Assembly: GCA_951406725.2 (NCBI GenBank)
Contig: OX597817.1
Coordinates: 78,492,001 to 78,556,000 of the forward strand
Reading direction: 5' to 3'
DNA length: 64,000 nt
Source: Octopus vulgaris
Taxonomy: Eukaryota
The notes beneath the pieces were generated by a model. That model was not told the origin of the DNA. It saw nothing but the letters and a program-made list of their open reading frames with translations, and did not search any database. Of this stretch, positions 11,522-25,236 are shown piece after piece (the stretch's first letter is position 1; every line of letters starts with the position of its first letter). Both the position numbers and the translations under genes were made by a program.

Positions 11522-12559
11522 TATTATCATTACCATTATTATTTCTAAGGCAATGAGTTGGCAGAATTGTTAGCATGCTGGGCAAAATGCTTAGTGATGT
11601 TTCTTCTATTTATACTTTCTGAGTTTAAATTCCACTGAAGTTGACTTCACTTTTCTTCCTTTCTGCATCAATAAAATAAGAACTAGTTGGTCACTGGGGT
11701 TGATGTAATCAACTAGTCCCCTCCTACAAATTTGCTGGCCTTTTGTCAAAATTTGAAATGATTTTCATTATTATTATTTAAAACAGTTTGATTTGGCCAC
11801 ATGTGTCTTGAAGCTTCATAAGGTTCTTACAGAAAGCTAGCTCATCTGGTTCAGTTGACCAAATAAGGATATGTAGGAAGCTGTTGGTGCCTTGTTGTCT
11901 GGCCAATCTTTGAAGGGTCTTACAGGCTGTCAAATACATGACCAGTGAAGATGTATGTATGTCATACATCTGTTACGCTCGCACATGTAAATCCAAAAGT
12001 CTTGCATATGTATGTATACACACATGCAAACACCAGATTAAATCACGCATGCATCCATGCTCTTCTAAGCAAATGCAAATATTCATACACACGCATATAA
12101 ATAAAGGAATGCACACACTTACATTCCTTAGTTATCTATATGCTCAAACACCCATACATGCATCCTAAACTCACACACACATGCATATACAGTAGGTACT
12201 AATGCACACATATTTGCTAACACACACACATGTACACACAAATGCATACTCATACAACTGATAAACATGTAACTGATACACACTGCTGACATATACACCT
12301 ATGCACCCACATCTTCATGCACATGTGTATTCACACATGGTTGATATACACCCACATCCATACATACATACACCTTAGCAAGCACACACAGTATATGTAA
12401 ATATATATACACACACATATACATATATACAATTATATGTTCCTATATATATGTGCACACACACACACACACACACACATTTGATTGAGTGAGCTCGAGT
12501 CATATTTATATGGTCTAGAATTCAATTCCTCACATTGTGTCCTCTACCATAGAACTTCA

Positions 12560-13250
12560 TTTCACATGACTCAGGCCTACTCGGAGTCAATTAATGCCAG
12601 CCACATGTTGCTACAGCTCCGTATTTTCCTCCAGCTATTTCATCTTCAATGCTTTATTCTGAAAATTCTTAAAAAATACTGAACACATTCCCAACAGATG
12701 ATCAGAGATCTTCAAAAAAAGCAGACACTTTGAGAAACACTACATAACTAAGCATTGTCAACTACTACTCAACTACCTATACTCATAAACAGGTCTCCCC
12801 TGTTCCTACCTTTCCCCTGCCTATACCTCTATTTAACTCTCCATGTAACTATAGCATGAATATAAATGTATGTACATGCATACATCCAAATTAGGGCCCA
12901 TGCATACATGAACATGCTCATATTATATTTTACATAAATACAGATCACATTATTCTGTATTATTTTTTTATTTCTCTCTCCTTCCAACCCTTCTCTATTT
13001 TGCCTCCAATTACATTTTTATTATGAACTTTTAAAAATTTGTTTATTGTTTAACATATTTATTGATATTGTTTCAAAGTTATTGATGATTAAGTATGATA
13101 ATTCATTGTCACAATACCTGAATAATGCCTGGATAACATTCTTCTAATTTCCCCATAATGTTAAAACAGAAATATATAGTATTTCCTACAAATATGTTAG
13201 CAGGATTTATGCTGAAAAAAAATTAACTGTCTGATGATGGTTTTATGTAA
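12560..13250 (+). mobile_element. Possible degraded PLE 3' end with decayed HHR
   Basis: RHFEKHYITKHCQLLLN (~12722-12775) resembles a GIY-YIG C-terminus; an HHR-like fold lies at 13113-13183. Confidence 0.4.
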
Positions 13251-13482
13251 CTTATTTAATTGTTAGCATATATCTGTGTGTGTGTATGTGAATGCATGTG
13301 TGTGTGAGAGTGTGTGTGTGTGTGCATATATGTGTGTGTACATACACATAGGCTAATGATAAATATATATATGTGTGTGTTTGTGTGTATATACATATAT
13401 ACATATATATAACCCATGCTAGCATGGAAAACGGACGCTAAACGATGATGATGATGATGATGATATATATATATATATATAT

Positions 13483-13537
<55 letters not shown>

Positions 13538-13827
13538 CTGCTCGCTTAGCCAGCGGGGTGGCATCATTCGAAGGCTAAAACAATGCGAACGCATTGTGAC
13601 CAGCGATGTGTTGCAACATCTGATGGTCTGGTCAGTCACGTGATCACGTGATATATATATATATATATATGCACATGCACATATGTATTACATGTGTATG
13701 TACATATCTATGTATCTATCTAATCTACCAGTCTCTCTCTCTCTCTCTCTCACTGTATACATACATACAAACACACACGCATACACACACATACATACAT
13801 ACATGTATACATACATACATGCATACA

Positions 13828-14965
13828 TATGGGCTATTCAAGCTTAAATTTGATTATCTTTACGTGTTTTTGTTTTTCTGGAACAGCTTGACGTATTGGT
13901 GAATAGTCATTGTCATTGGAGAGCATAATGTTTAAAGTTGTAGATGAGAAAAACCAATTGAATACAGGAAAAGGCTTACCAATACCATGAGGATTTCTAC
14001 TGGGTAGTAAAATGCTGGCACCATGACTGCTGCTCAATGCTTTTTGAACATTCATTGTAAAGGCAGTTAAGGACATCATTAAAAACCAAGTTTCCCCATA
14101 CTGTCATGGTCCTTGTTACTAGTCAGGGTGACATCATGCCTTTCCACATCAGTGAACAAGGAATTAGGATAAATTCAGATGGTTATGCGAAATCATTGGA
14201 AACTATGATCAAACACTTAGGAGTGGCTATGTGGTAAGTAGCTTGCTAACCAACCACATGGTTCCGGGTTCAGTCTCACTGCGTGGCATCTTGGGCAAGT
14301 GTCTTCTACTATAGCCCCAGGCCGACCAATGCCTTGTAAGTGGATTTGGTAGACGGAAACTGAAAGAAGCCTGTTGTATATATGTATATATATATAAGTG
14401 TGTGTGTATATGTTTGTGTGTCTGTGTTTGTCCCTCTAGCATTGCTTGACAACCGATGCTGGTGTGTTTATGTCCCCGTCACTTAGCGGTTTGGCAAAAG
14501 AGACCGATAGAATAAGTACTGGGCTTACAAAGAATAAGTCCCGGGGTCGATTTGCTCAACTAAAGGCGGTGCTCCAGCATGGCCGCAGTCAAATGACTGA
14601 AACAAGTAAAAGAGGGTTGTTACTGGAAGGCCATATGTGTAACAGCTCCTCGCCATACCACTAGAAAGAGTCAGATGTGTTTGTAGGAGAATTTCTGTGA
14701 CTTCACCAGTCCTAGTTTTAGGCTTCCTAATTCCTCTGATTACAATCCTATTGGTTACTATGCATGGGGCACAATTGAGAAGGACACAGCAACATCTGCC
14801 TGAAATATCAAAACCAAGATCGAGGAGGTTTTTGAAGGTCTTTCCAGGGCTACAGTGAGAAACAGATGCACTATGTTCTGGAGCCATCTTGAGGTTGTGG
14901 TGGAAGTTGAGGGCATTTACTTTGAGCAAACTGTTATCTCGCTGTTATAAAGTAGGCGATATTTT
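13828..14965 (+). mobile_element. Degraded Tc1/mariner transposon (maT/DD37D-like), split by SINE-A at 14220-14613
   Basis: KTKFPHTVMVLVTSQGDIMP...GIRINSDGY lies before the SINE. GRPYV..APRHT...PNSSDYNPIGYYAWG...LEVVVEVEGIYFE lies after it (SPDLNP.DY-like motif). Confidence 0.78.
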
Positions 14966-15469
14966 GAAATATCATCATCATCATCATCATCATTATCTAC
15001 AGCATCATTTAACGTCCGTTGTTCATGCTGGCATGGGTTGGACAGTTTCACCAGAGCTGGCAAGCAGAAGAGCTGCACTAGACTCCAGTCAGATTCAGCA
15101 TGGTTTTTATGGCTAAATGCAACTTCCTAATGCCAACCACTTTACAGAGGGTGCTGGGCGCTTTTACATGGCACTGCATGGGTGCTTTACACCACCAGAG
15201 GGACCAGTCTTATCACTTCTGCTGCAATGCCAGCAAAACACCTGGCATTTTGGTGCTTTGTCATCTTACCTGAAAGTTTCAGTGTCCTGAGTTCGTTCTT
15301 CAAGATTTCACTGGGATATTGTGCTTTCTTTTCCTTTTATGCAAACTGTCAAATTTAGCACAAACAGTCTGTGTATGTAGTGTAGGTCTTGATAGGGTAG
15401 AAAATTGGTATATTTCAAATGTAGTATTGAACACAAATTCCAGGTTATATTCACTCTCATGTAACTAAT

Positions 15470-15965
15470 ATGTTTCTTTATTAGCCACACACGGCTGCAC
15501 TCAAATGGGACAGATTACAAAGTAGAGCTTTTCTTTTTTGGGGAGAAAAAAAAAGTGGGGTAGGTTTTCGATCAAAAGGGATCATAAAAGGGGAAAAAAA
15601 GCGATCAATAGGGATTGTGTATCACAGAAATGTCATGATGTAAAGTGTAAAGGGGGAAGCAGATAAGGTTTATCCGTGGAAAGAAAAGCCTATGGAAAAG
15701 ATCATGGTAACCTCGGTCAATAATGTCACATGTTAACACATTTGTTTGCAAGTAAGTAACCCTCTGTTTTAAATTTTTCTGGGTTCATAGGATTATGCTA
15801 AAGGTGGCTTCATCATTCATAGTGCCATCCTTGCTACATTCACCCATATTTTTTTGAAACATTCGCTAGACAAAACTTGCCTCTCTACTCTCACTTTCCT
15901 TTTCAAGTGATACTTGAAGAAGTTGATGAGAGATTGACCAGAGAGGAAAGTGTTTGTAGTGCATA
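15470..15965 (-). mobile_element. 3' fragment of a second Tx1/L1-like LINE (ORF2 C-terminus and 3' UTR)
   Basis: Peptide FLSGQSLINFFKYHLKRKVRVERQVLSSECFKKIWVNVARM. The 3' end ...GTGCAGCCGTGTGTGGCTAATAAAGAAA resembles the tails of the 3632-6622 element and of SINE-B(T). Confidence 0.6.
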
Positions 15966-16544
15966 CTAAGACAGTTGTAAATAATAATAACAATAGGTCA
16001 ATGGAAGAGCACACATCTTGATGCTAGTTTGATGAAGAGCCATTCCAATATTATCAATCAGAAGTATTGAGTAACTATTCACATGGAATCGTTTACAGGC
16101 ATTGACTTTAGAAACATAGGGGTACTGAAACAATTGTAACTAATATTAAACATGTGCAAAATGCATTTTCATGTTCTTACTTGTATTATATCTATATATG
16201 TGTGTATGTGTTTAAACATATCTATTTATACAGATACACATATACATATATACATATATATTTATAAACATTTATTTCATATACATAAATATATGCATGT
16301 GTACATGTGTGTGTGTGTGTGTACGTGTGTGTGCGTGTATGTGTGTGTGTGTGTGCATGTATGTATTTGTTAAGATTAACTCATTGATGGCAGTATGTTC
16401 CATTGCATTGGCATTGTTATAATATAATCTATAGATCTGTAGAATCTATTAGGGAAATGCTACCCCAAAACTGCAGCAGTTGGAATGAAAGAAATTAGAT
16501 TCTGCTTACCAATATTCCTGAAACTCGTAAGTATTGTCATCCCT

Positions 16545-16835
16545 GTATATCATCCTCATCACCACCACCACCACCACCACCACCACAACCACCACAACCC
16601 CTCCATCATAATCTTCATCATTGTTGTTGTCATCGCTGTCATTGCCATCACCATCATCATCGTCTTCATTTAATACATAATATAATATAATGTGATTCAA
16701 TGAAGTGTGATACCAGCCTCTTAGCCAGAGAATTCTTACTGTGCTGGCAAGTTAATTATTTTATTCACTAATTAAGAACTATTTCTTGAAACAGTTAACA
16801 AAAACTTTGTAAATAGCTATATGTAACCAAAACCT
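16545..16835 (+). repeat. ~290-bp segment duplicated at 17858-18180
   Basis: Shared (CAT/CAC)n tract followed by GATTCAATGAAGTGTGATACCAGC...GAATTCTTACT...GGCAAGTTAATTATTTTATT...ACCAAAACCT in both places. Confidence 0.9.
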
Positions 16836-17579
16836 ATATACATAGGTTTTGGTTACATATGCATGTAACACAAATGTTTAAAAGCACATGCATGCACTGT
16901 GATGTGCACATATATGCACATAATTGCATAAAGGAAAACAAGCTGAGTTAAGGCTTGCTCAGTTCAGTGGGATTTGGTTGTAGGTATCATGTTTTGACTA
17001 AGTGATTTAAGTGCTCAAGTCTACTGTTAGTAAAGTACCAGCCCATTAGTACAACATGGGTCTTGGCTACTCTATGCCTATGTAGTTATTAAATTAGTCA
17101 GTCCAATCCTTAAACATGACATATCTTCAACTGCAGGAAACAAAAGTGTATAAAATGACCCTGCTGTACAATCCACACATCTTACTCACACCCCATGCTA
17201 AGCCACTGTTCAGGAATTTGAGGGAGATTTGCCAACTATTTTTAGAAGGTTAATTAACCGCATAAAGGGTCTTTCATTAGCAATAAATCATTATTACTGC
17301 TGTTGTTGTATTGTTGTTTTTATTATTATTTTCATTTAAGGCAGTGAGCTGGTAGAAACGTTAGCACACCAGGCAAAATGCTTAGCAGTATTTCATCTGT
17401 CTTTACGTTCTGAGTTCAAATTCCGCCAAGGTTGACTTTGCCTTTCATTCATTTGGGGTTGATAAATTAAGTACCAGTTGTGTACTGAGATCGACCTAAT
17501 CAACTGGACCCCTCCCCAAAAATTTTGGGCCTTGTGCCTAGAGTAGAAAAGATTATCAGTTCTCTCATTTTCATTTCAG

Positions 17580-18680
17580 ACCTCTCAGTTTCACTTAGTC
17601 CAATTAAATCTGTAAGATCAAACAACCTGTTGTCAAGAGTCTTACAGACTCTTCTTCCACAATACATAATAGCCAAATACTGATCTCTTGGGGATAAAAT
17701 ATCATGCTACCCCCAATAAATCAGTTTTCTGAGTATGTTCTATCCTCATGTCAATCCCAGTTTCTCCATCAAATTTCTCAAATCTGGTTGTTAATTCTTC
17801 CAATGTCCCTACAGCAACTAGCTTGACAGTTGCTTTCTTCATTGCCTGCATTCATGAATATCATCATCATCATCATCATCCTCATCCTCATCATCATCAT
17901 CCCCTCCACCACCATCACCACCACCATCATCATCAACATCATCATCATCTTCATCGTTGTTGTCATCGCTGTCATCGCCATCACCACCATTATCACCATC
18001 ATCATCATCTTCATTTAATATATAACATAATATGATATGATTCAATGAAGTGTGATACCAGCTTCTTAGCCAGAGAATTCTTACTCTGCCGGCAAGTTAA
18101 TTATTTTATTTACTAATTAAGAACTATTACTTGAAACAGTTAACAAAAAATTTGAAAACAGCTTTATAAAACCAAAACCTTTCTACATACAACACATCCA
18201 TTTACAGCTCTTTTTTGATCCACTTGTACATCCCCCAGGTATGGCAGTATCAATAACCTTAGTTTCCTTCTCCCGTTCAGCCACTACAACCATGTCCAGT
18301 CTCCAAACATCAATCACTGAACAACACCAGATTGTAAAATCTTGCAAGATTTTACACCTGTTATTCTTGGTGACACCTTCTGGTTTATGCTCATACGATT
18401 TCTGTGTTCTTTCATGACTGTACTTCTCACACAATCTCCAGTGAACACACCTAGCTATGTACATTTTTGATGCCACACAGCCTACAAAGAAGCAATTCAA
18501 AACTCTGATCTATTTGGAACATGATGTAATAGGCTCTCAGAGCTTGCCCCTAAGCTCTGCATATCAATGCCTCAGTGCATCCATTCAGATCACTTTCCCT
18601 GAACCAGCTCAAGGTGCTGGTCTTGTCTTTCTCATTCATCTCTCTGAGGGGGCTGCACATGCATTACTTTCACTTGTTCA
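17580..18680 (-). mobile_element. Old R4/Dong-type RLE retrotransposon fragment (Dong-E), interrupted by the duplicated segment
   Basis: IARCVHWRLCEKY...YEHKPEGV...ILQDF...LDMVVV...VIDTAIPG (18183-18500) continues as AMKKATVKLVAVGTL...IEHTQKTDLLGVA (~17715-17850). Confidence 0.75.
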
Positions 18681-18724
18681 ATCATACTATTATAGTTGTT
18701 ATTATTATTATTATTATTTATTTA

Positions 18725-18905
18725 TTTTTTTTTTTCTTCTTTCAAATTTGCTTCCATTTCTTGCCGAGTGTCATCCCGACTCCTAGGGCAAAGAAACTCA
18801 TAGTATGCATTGGTAGGCCATTAAACTAAACTCAATAGTTCGTTCATTTTTTTTTTTTTTAAAGTTAAATTAAAATACATGGTTAGCAGTAGTTCTCCGT
18901 GGAAC
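18725..18905 (-). mobile_element. Dong-A 3' UTR-only insertion
   Basis: Near copy of 18931-19105 and of the reverse complement of 54890-55070; flanked by (TAT)n. Confidence 0.85.
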
Positions 18906-18930
18906 TATTATTATTATTATTATTATTATT

Positions 18931-21320
18931 ACTTTTTTTTCTTCTTTCAAATTTGCTTCCATTTCTTGCCGGGTGTCTTCCCGACTCCTAGGGCAAAGAA
19001 ACTCATAGTATACATTGGTAGGCCATTAAACCAAACTCAGTAGTTCGTTCATTTTTTTTTTTTTTTTTTAAGTTAAATTAAAATACATGAGCAGCAACAG
19101 TTCTCACATCGACAATGCTCTTCTCAATACATGTGATGTACCAGTTAAGACAATCATTTGCACTTCTTGCAGGGATGGTAAGCCAGGGATCATTCTCATA
19201 TAATTTTCGGTTCCCTTCTTGATCATTCCTAGTGCTCCTACGATCACTGGTATTGTAACCGCCTTGAGATGCCACATTTTCTCAATTTCAATGAGTAGGT
19301 CTTTATATTTTCTGAGCTTGTCAAACTCTTTCGCTGAGATATTATGATCACAGGGGATGCTCATGTCGATCAATAAGCAAACTTTATTGTTTTGGTCTTT
19401 CACAACAATATCTGGTTTATTGGCCTTGATGGTTCGGTCTGTATGTACTGGAAAGTCCCACAGAATGGTTACATTTTCTCCTTCAGTTACAGCCTCAGGG
19501 TGGTGATTATACCACTTGTCGGCAGTTTTGATATTGTAATGCCGACTTATTAGCCAGTGGAGATATTGGCCAACTCTGTCATGTCTTAATTTATACTCCA
19601 CTGGTGCTAAGACTTTACATCCAGAGATTAGGTGGTCCACTGTTTCAATCATGTCGTTGCAGAATCGGCATTTTGGGTCTGCTCCATTTTTCATCACATT
19701 GGTCTGGTAGTTCCGGGTTAATAGGCTTTGATCTTGAGCAGCCAGGATGAAACCTTCGCTCTCTGCCTTTAGCCCTGAGCTCCGTAGCCACTAATGGGTT
19801 TGCTTCTGGTCAACATCAGCTTGTTTGCTGCGGGTCACATATTTGCCGTGCAGAGGTTTCTCCTCCCACCTATCAGCCAATTGCTCGTGCGCTTTTTTCA
19901 TTGCCATCATTTTCACCTTCTTTGCAACAATAGTTGCTGTACTTCCCTCGGGTTGTTCAGTTTGGGTATCCTGCACGAGATCAATAGCAAATTTTTTGCT
20001 TTCCTTTATGATAGAATGAAGCTTCTTTCGTCTCACGTGATTTTCCCCGAGCTTTAGCATCCAGTCATTCAATATTTCGAGATATTTGGCCAGTCCAATT
20101 GTGGTTGTTTTCTAAGCTAGTTCAAATTGGATCAGGCCTCGACCTCCTTGGGCTCTAGGAAGGTAAAGGCGATCTACGTCTGCCTTTGAGTGGTGCATCC
20201 TATTACAACTCAGCAGCTTGCGTATTTTTCTATCTATATTCTTTACTTCACTCATATTCCAGTTCAACACATTGTAGCTATAAGTAACAACTGGAACTGC
20301 TAAGGAATTTATAGCTAACACCTTGTTACGTGCATTTAGTTCAGATTTCAGGACTGCACGAACTCTCCTATAACATTCCTTCCTGATTTTCTCTTTCATG
20401 CTTGCATGCTGAATACCAGAGCCTTCATTTATCCCTAAATATTTGTATGTTTGTTCTTGCTCAACTATCTAACACGACTGTGTCAACATCTAACATGACT
20501 GAATTTGTGGTCTTCACTTTCCCTTTCTGGAAAGTGGCCTTGGCACACTTCTCAAGTCCAAACTCCATCCCGATGTCATCGCTGAATGCTTTCACGGTGC
20601 GCAATAGGCCTTCATGTTCATTATTGTCTTTACCATAAAGTTTTAAGTCATCCATATAAAATAGATGGCTTATTTTTTTATTGGCAATTTTATACCCATA
20701 CCCTGTTCTGTTTAATTCACTTGTAAGGGGTATTAGGGCTATGCAGAATATTAAAGGTGAAAGTGAGTCACCTTGAAAAATTCCACAGTTGATGTTTATA
20801 TTTTCTGAGGCAAGTACTCCATTAGAGTGGTATAATTGGAGATTTGTATTCCACAACGACATATTGTGCTTCAGGAAGTTTGAAATCACAGGGGAAATTT
20901 TGAAGATGTCCAGCGATCTCAAGATCCATGGATGCGGTATACTGTCGAAGGCCTTTTTATAGTCAATCCATGCGGTGCTGAGATTTCTGCGCTTGTTGTG
21001 ACAGTTCTCAAGGATCATACGATTGATTAGCAGTTGATCTTTGCATCCGTAAGAGCCTCGGCGGCACCCTTTTTGTTCAATGGGGAAAATATCGTTCTTC
21101 TCCATGAATGCATATGTTTTCTCCGCCAGGATAGATGTTAGGATTTTATACGTGGTGGATAGACAGGTTATAGGCCGATAGTTTTTTGGAAGGTTGGTTT
21201 CGTTATTCTTTGGGAGTAGGTAAGTAATGCCACTTGCTAACCATTCAGGTGTTTTCTTTGGGTCTCTCATAATTCCATTGAGCAGCTGAACTAGCTTACA
21301 GTGTGCGCATGGGAGCGATG

Positions 21321-21322
<2 letters not shown>
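18931..21322 (-). mobile_element. 5'-truncated R4/Dong-clade non-LTR retrotransposon (Dong-A), RT+RLE, with stops and a frameshift
   Basis: ORFs 20461-21270 (YRPI, DYKKAFDS, GIFQGDSLSP, YMDD), 20112-20399, 19791-20072 and 19104-19697 (CRFC..ETVDHLISGC, RHD, PDIVV, KLRKY). Flanked by (TAA)n on the sense strand. Confidence 0.95.
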
Positions 21323-21355
<33 letters not shown>

Positions 21356-21357
<2 letters not shown>

Positions 21358-21632
21358 GTTTGACTTTCGCTTTGCATTTGTACAAGTTGACTCCAAGTCT
21401 CACCCAGAGACCTCAAGAGACAAGAAGTTAGAAGTTCATGTTGGTGTTATGCCTAGAGGGCCATATATTTGGTTTTGTACATAGTGTTATTCTAGAGAAT
21501 GTTTAAGAAACCATAAGAAAATTATGTGTTTGTTTTAAAATTTGAGATTACATAGACAGTATTTTATGTAGGATATGGGTAGTTCCCATGAGCACTATCT
21601 TTTGAATTTCTGCCATTTTGGAGTATCTGAGC
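21356..21632 (-). mobile_element. 3' end of another Dong-type family (Dong-C)
   Basis: Minus translation KMAEIQKIVLMGTTHILHKILSM* followed by a distinct 3' UTR, between (TAT)n tracts. Confidence 0.8.
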
Positions 21633-21663
<31 letters not shown>

Positions 21664-21665
<2 letters not shown>

Positions 21666-21878
21666 GGTGGCAAGCTGACGGAATCATTAACACTCCAGGT
21701 GAAATGCTTCACAGTATCTTGTCCGTCTTTACGTTCTGAGTTAAAATTCTGCTGAGGTCGACTTTGCCTTTCATCCATTTGGGGTCGATAAACTAAGTAG
21801 GGAAACACTGGGGTTGATGTAATCAACTATTCACTTCCCCAAAATTTCAGGTCCTGTGTCTATATTAGAAAGGATTAT
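21664..21878 (+). mobile_element. SINE-B (tRNA head, Meta/MESC-like centre), (ATT)n-tailed form; many copies (e.g. 11545-11760, 17338-17555, 42585-42810, 44140-44345, 55100-55300, 55945-56146, 57158-57358)
   Basis: GAGTTCAAATTC B-box-like motif in most copies, centre GTCGACTTTGCCTTTCATCC...GTCGATAAA..AAGTA, tail of the GGCCTTGTGCC..AGAAAGG(ATT)n type. The domain name is from recall. Confidence 0.85.
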
Positions 21879-21977
21879 TATTATTAGCATCTTTTCGTGT
21901 AGTTTTAGTAAATATGTCTGTTAAAATGGGATGTCAGTGTTATTTCCAATTTTACATAATTTAGCCAACAGTTTATT

Positions 21978-21996
21978 CACCACACACTATGTACAC

Positions 21997-22063
<67 letters not shown>

Positions 22064-22076
22064 TACAGACAGACAT

Positions 22077-22155
<79 letters not shown>

Positions 22156-22255
22156 TAGATAGATATATATATATATAGATAGATATAGATAGATATAGAT
22201 AGATAGATATAGATAGATAGAGATAGATAGATAGATAGAGAGATAGATAGATAGA
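21978..22255 (+). repeat. (CAGA)n/(TAGA)n microsatellite; similar (CTAT/CTGT)n tract at 44810-45000
   Basis: Direct reading. Confidence 0.95.
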
Positions 22256-23746
22256 CAAATACAGATAAATATACATAAATAAAAGCAAATTAATTCACAA
22301 AGACATACATTTACACATACAAACTTACAGAAAATTGATATAATCACAGACATGCATTAATCACATACTCAATACACAAAGTAACATGTATGAATACAAT
22401 TATACACACAACATACATGAATACACAGAAATATAGACGGCTGTACTCACATATACAACCATGAGCACTCACATGAAATATACCCACCTCTCTCTTTTTC
22501 TTTCTTCTTCGTGCTTTATTTTTTACTTGTTTCATTCATTAGACTGCAGCCTTTCTTTGAGCAAATCCACTGCAATATTTATTTATGCTATTAAGCTTAG
22601 TACTTATTTTGTTAGTCTCTTTTGCTGAACTGCTGAGTTAAGGGGACATAAACAGGAAACCACTCCATAATTAGAAGCCAAATTTCTTTGATTCTACTTG
22701 GGTAAATGGGCTAAAACCCACTTTTGGTCATGAAAGACCATGATGTTGTACTTGGAAAGTTCTAATCTGAGGCACAAGTACCTGCAAGGTTGTTCGTGGT
22801 TGACCAGCAGTCACACATGCATATAGTCCTCTCTCTTTACACCACCTATGTTGTCCAAGGAAAGGGCAAATGCTGATACAGCTTGGAACCATTATTGATG
22901 CTGCAATTCGTTTCTAGAGCTGAGTGAAGTGGAGCAACATGAAATATAATGTCTTGCTCAAGAACACAGCTCGGTCCGGGAATCAAACTCACTACACCAT
23001 GATTGTGAGCCTAACACTCTAACTGCTGAGCCATGTGCCTTCACTAAGAATAGATACTGGGGTGAATATGATCAAATAAAACATTTGAAGTTAGTGCTGC
23101 AGCATGGCCATGGTCCAACAACTGAAAGTAGTGAAAGAACTGAGAATTAACACAAGCACATATATATATATATAAATACTATTGCATGAATTGAAAATGT
23201 TTACATTTCCATATGTAATTTATCACAGATACTTTTTAATTACAAATTTATATTTCTAACTTTTTACAGCATTTTAAATATTGCATAACTTTGAATAATT
23301 AATTTTAATAATCATTACACTTGAAATTAGTTGCTTTCAAATATCTGTGACAATATGTGGAGCTTAATTTATTTTAAAACGAAAGTTATTTTTTCATGTA
23401 TGCATATAAATGCTTGCAGGCATTCACAACTCGAAAAAGAATAAAATTAAGTATTTATATTTTATATTTTACTTGTTTGAGTCATTTTAATGTGGCCATG
23501 CTGGGGCACCATGTTGAAAAGTTTTAGTTGAACAAATCAACCCTGTACATGTCTTTTAAAATCTGGTACTTATTTTTTCAGTCATTAAATATTTTCTATG
23601 AAAAGATCCAGTCTTTTGAACATCTGTACAGGAAAAGAAAGATGGACGATGGTCACGTGAGAGCAATGAGAGAGAGTAAAAGAGAAAGAAGGGAGAGGGA
23701 GAGGATTGGTCAGAGGCTATAGTAGAAGACACTTTCCCAAGGTACC

Positions 23747-23979
23747 TATTTCTTTACTACCCACAAGGGGCTAAATACATAGAGGACAAACAAGGACAGA
23801 CAAGCAGATTAAGTCGATTATATCGACCCCAATGCATAACTGATACTTAATTTATCGACTCCGAAAGGATGAAAGGCAAAGTCACCCTTGGCGGAATTTG
23901 AACTCAGAACATAACATCAGACGAAATACTGCTAAGCATTTCACCCGGCGTGCTAACGTTTCTGGCAGCTCGCTGCCTT
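23747..23979 (-). mobile_element. SINE-B(T) (Tx1-like tail) nested in a SINE-A
   Basis: 15-bp TSD CTT(T/G)CCCAAGGTACC at 23732-23746 and 23980-23994; tail ...GTCTGTCCTTGTTTGTCC...GTAAAGAAATA. Confidence 0.85.
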
Positions 23980-25236
23980 CTTGCCCAAGGTACCACGCAG
24001 TGGGACTGAACCCAGAACCATGTGGTTGGGAAGCAAGTTTCTTACTACACAGCCACGCCTGATCATATTTTCTTAATTTTATCTCCTGAATATCATCATC
24101 ATCATTGTCATCATCATAGTTATAATCATCATCTGCATCCCCATCATCATCCTCATCCTTATCATCATCATGTAATGTCCACTCTCCATGTTGGCATGGG
24201 CCTGACAGAGTTTATTTGAAGATTTCCTATGGCCAGAGTCCCTTCCTGTCACCATCCTCACCTTTCTTTCAAAGGAAAGTAATATTCCTCCATGGCCTGG
24301 CATGTTCTCACAGAATATTGGAAATAAGTGACACTGCTTGTAAGACAGTGACACTCATTTACAACCAACACACCATGTCAAGACAAAAACATACAAACAC
24401 ACACACTCACACATATACATACACACATGCACACACGCACACATATACACACAACAGGTTTTTTTTTCAGTTTCTGTTTACCAAATCCACACATAAGGCT
24501 TTGATCAGCCTGGGACTATAAAAAAAAAAACTTGCCAAAGGTGTGATGCCGTGCAACTGCATTAGAAAGCATGTGGTCGGAAAGCAAACTTCTTACCACT
24601 CAGCTGCACCTGTAAACTACAGAACAGACAACAGAATATTTTCAAAACAAACACTTTCCTTATAACTCCATACAAACATGTAATAAAACATCTCTGTAAT
24701 GTTAAATGCTAAATATTTGCACATCATAATTCCATTACGGTTTGCTTAACATTTACATCAAGAATAATTTATAATTGCTGCAGCAGTTAGCATTCCAGGG
24801 CAATATTGGTGCAGAATACTTAATTTTTATCGCTGCTTTCCTTATTCATATCCTCCAACTCTGTTTCACATCTCTCGCTCTCTCAGTCCTCTTCTCCTTC
24901 TCCGTATCTCAATCCCTCTTCTCTTTCTATCTTTCTCCCTCTCTCTATCCCTCTGTCTTTCTGTGATGAAAGCATGCTTACAGAATATGTTGATAGCCTT
25001 GTCAAGAGAAGAAAGGCTGTTGTGATAAACCTCTAGCAAAACTACCGAGGCTAATGGTAGAAAGACAGGCAGAAACCAGGTTTTGTTGGTAAATGCAGTG
25101 TAAAGCAATGCACCCAGATATTGCAGGACAGAAGGCAGGGCTACGCTAAAGGTACTCATGGTCAATGGAATGTGGGTAAACAAAATGAGAGATAAAGTGA
25201 ATAAATCCAAATAAAATACAGTGCATTCAAAAGTAT

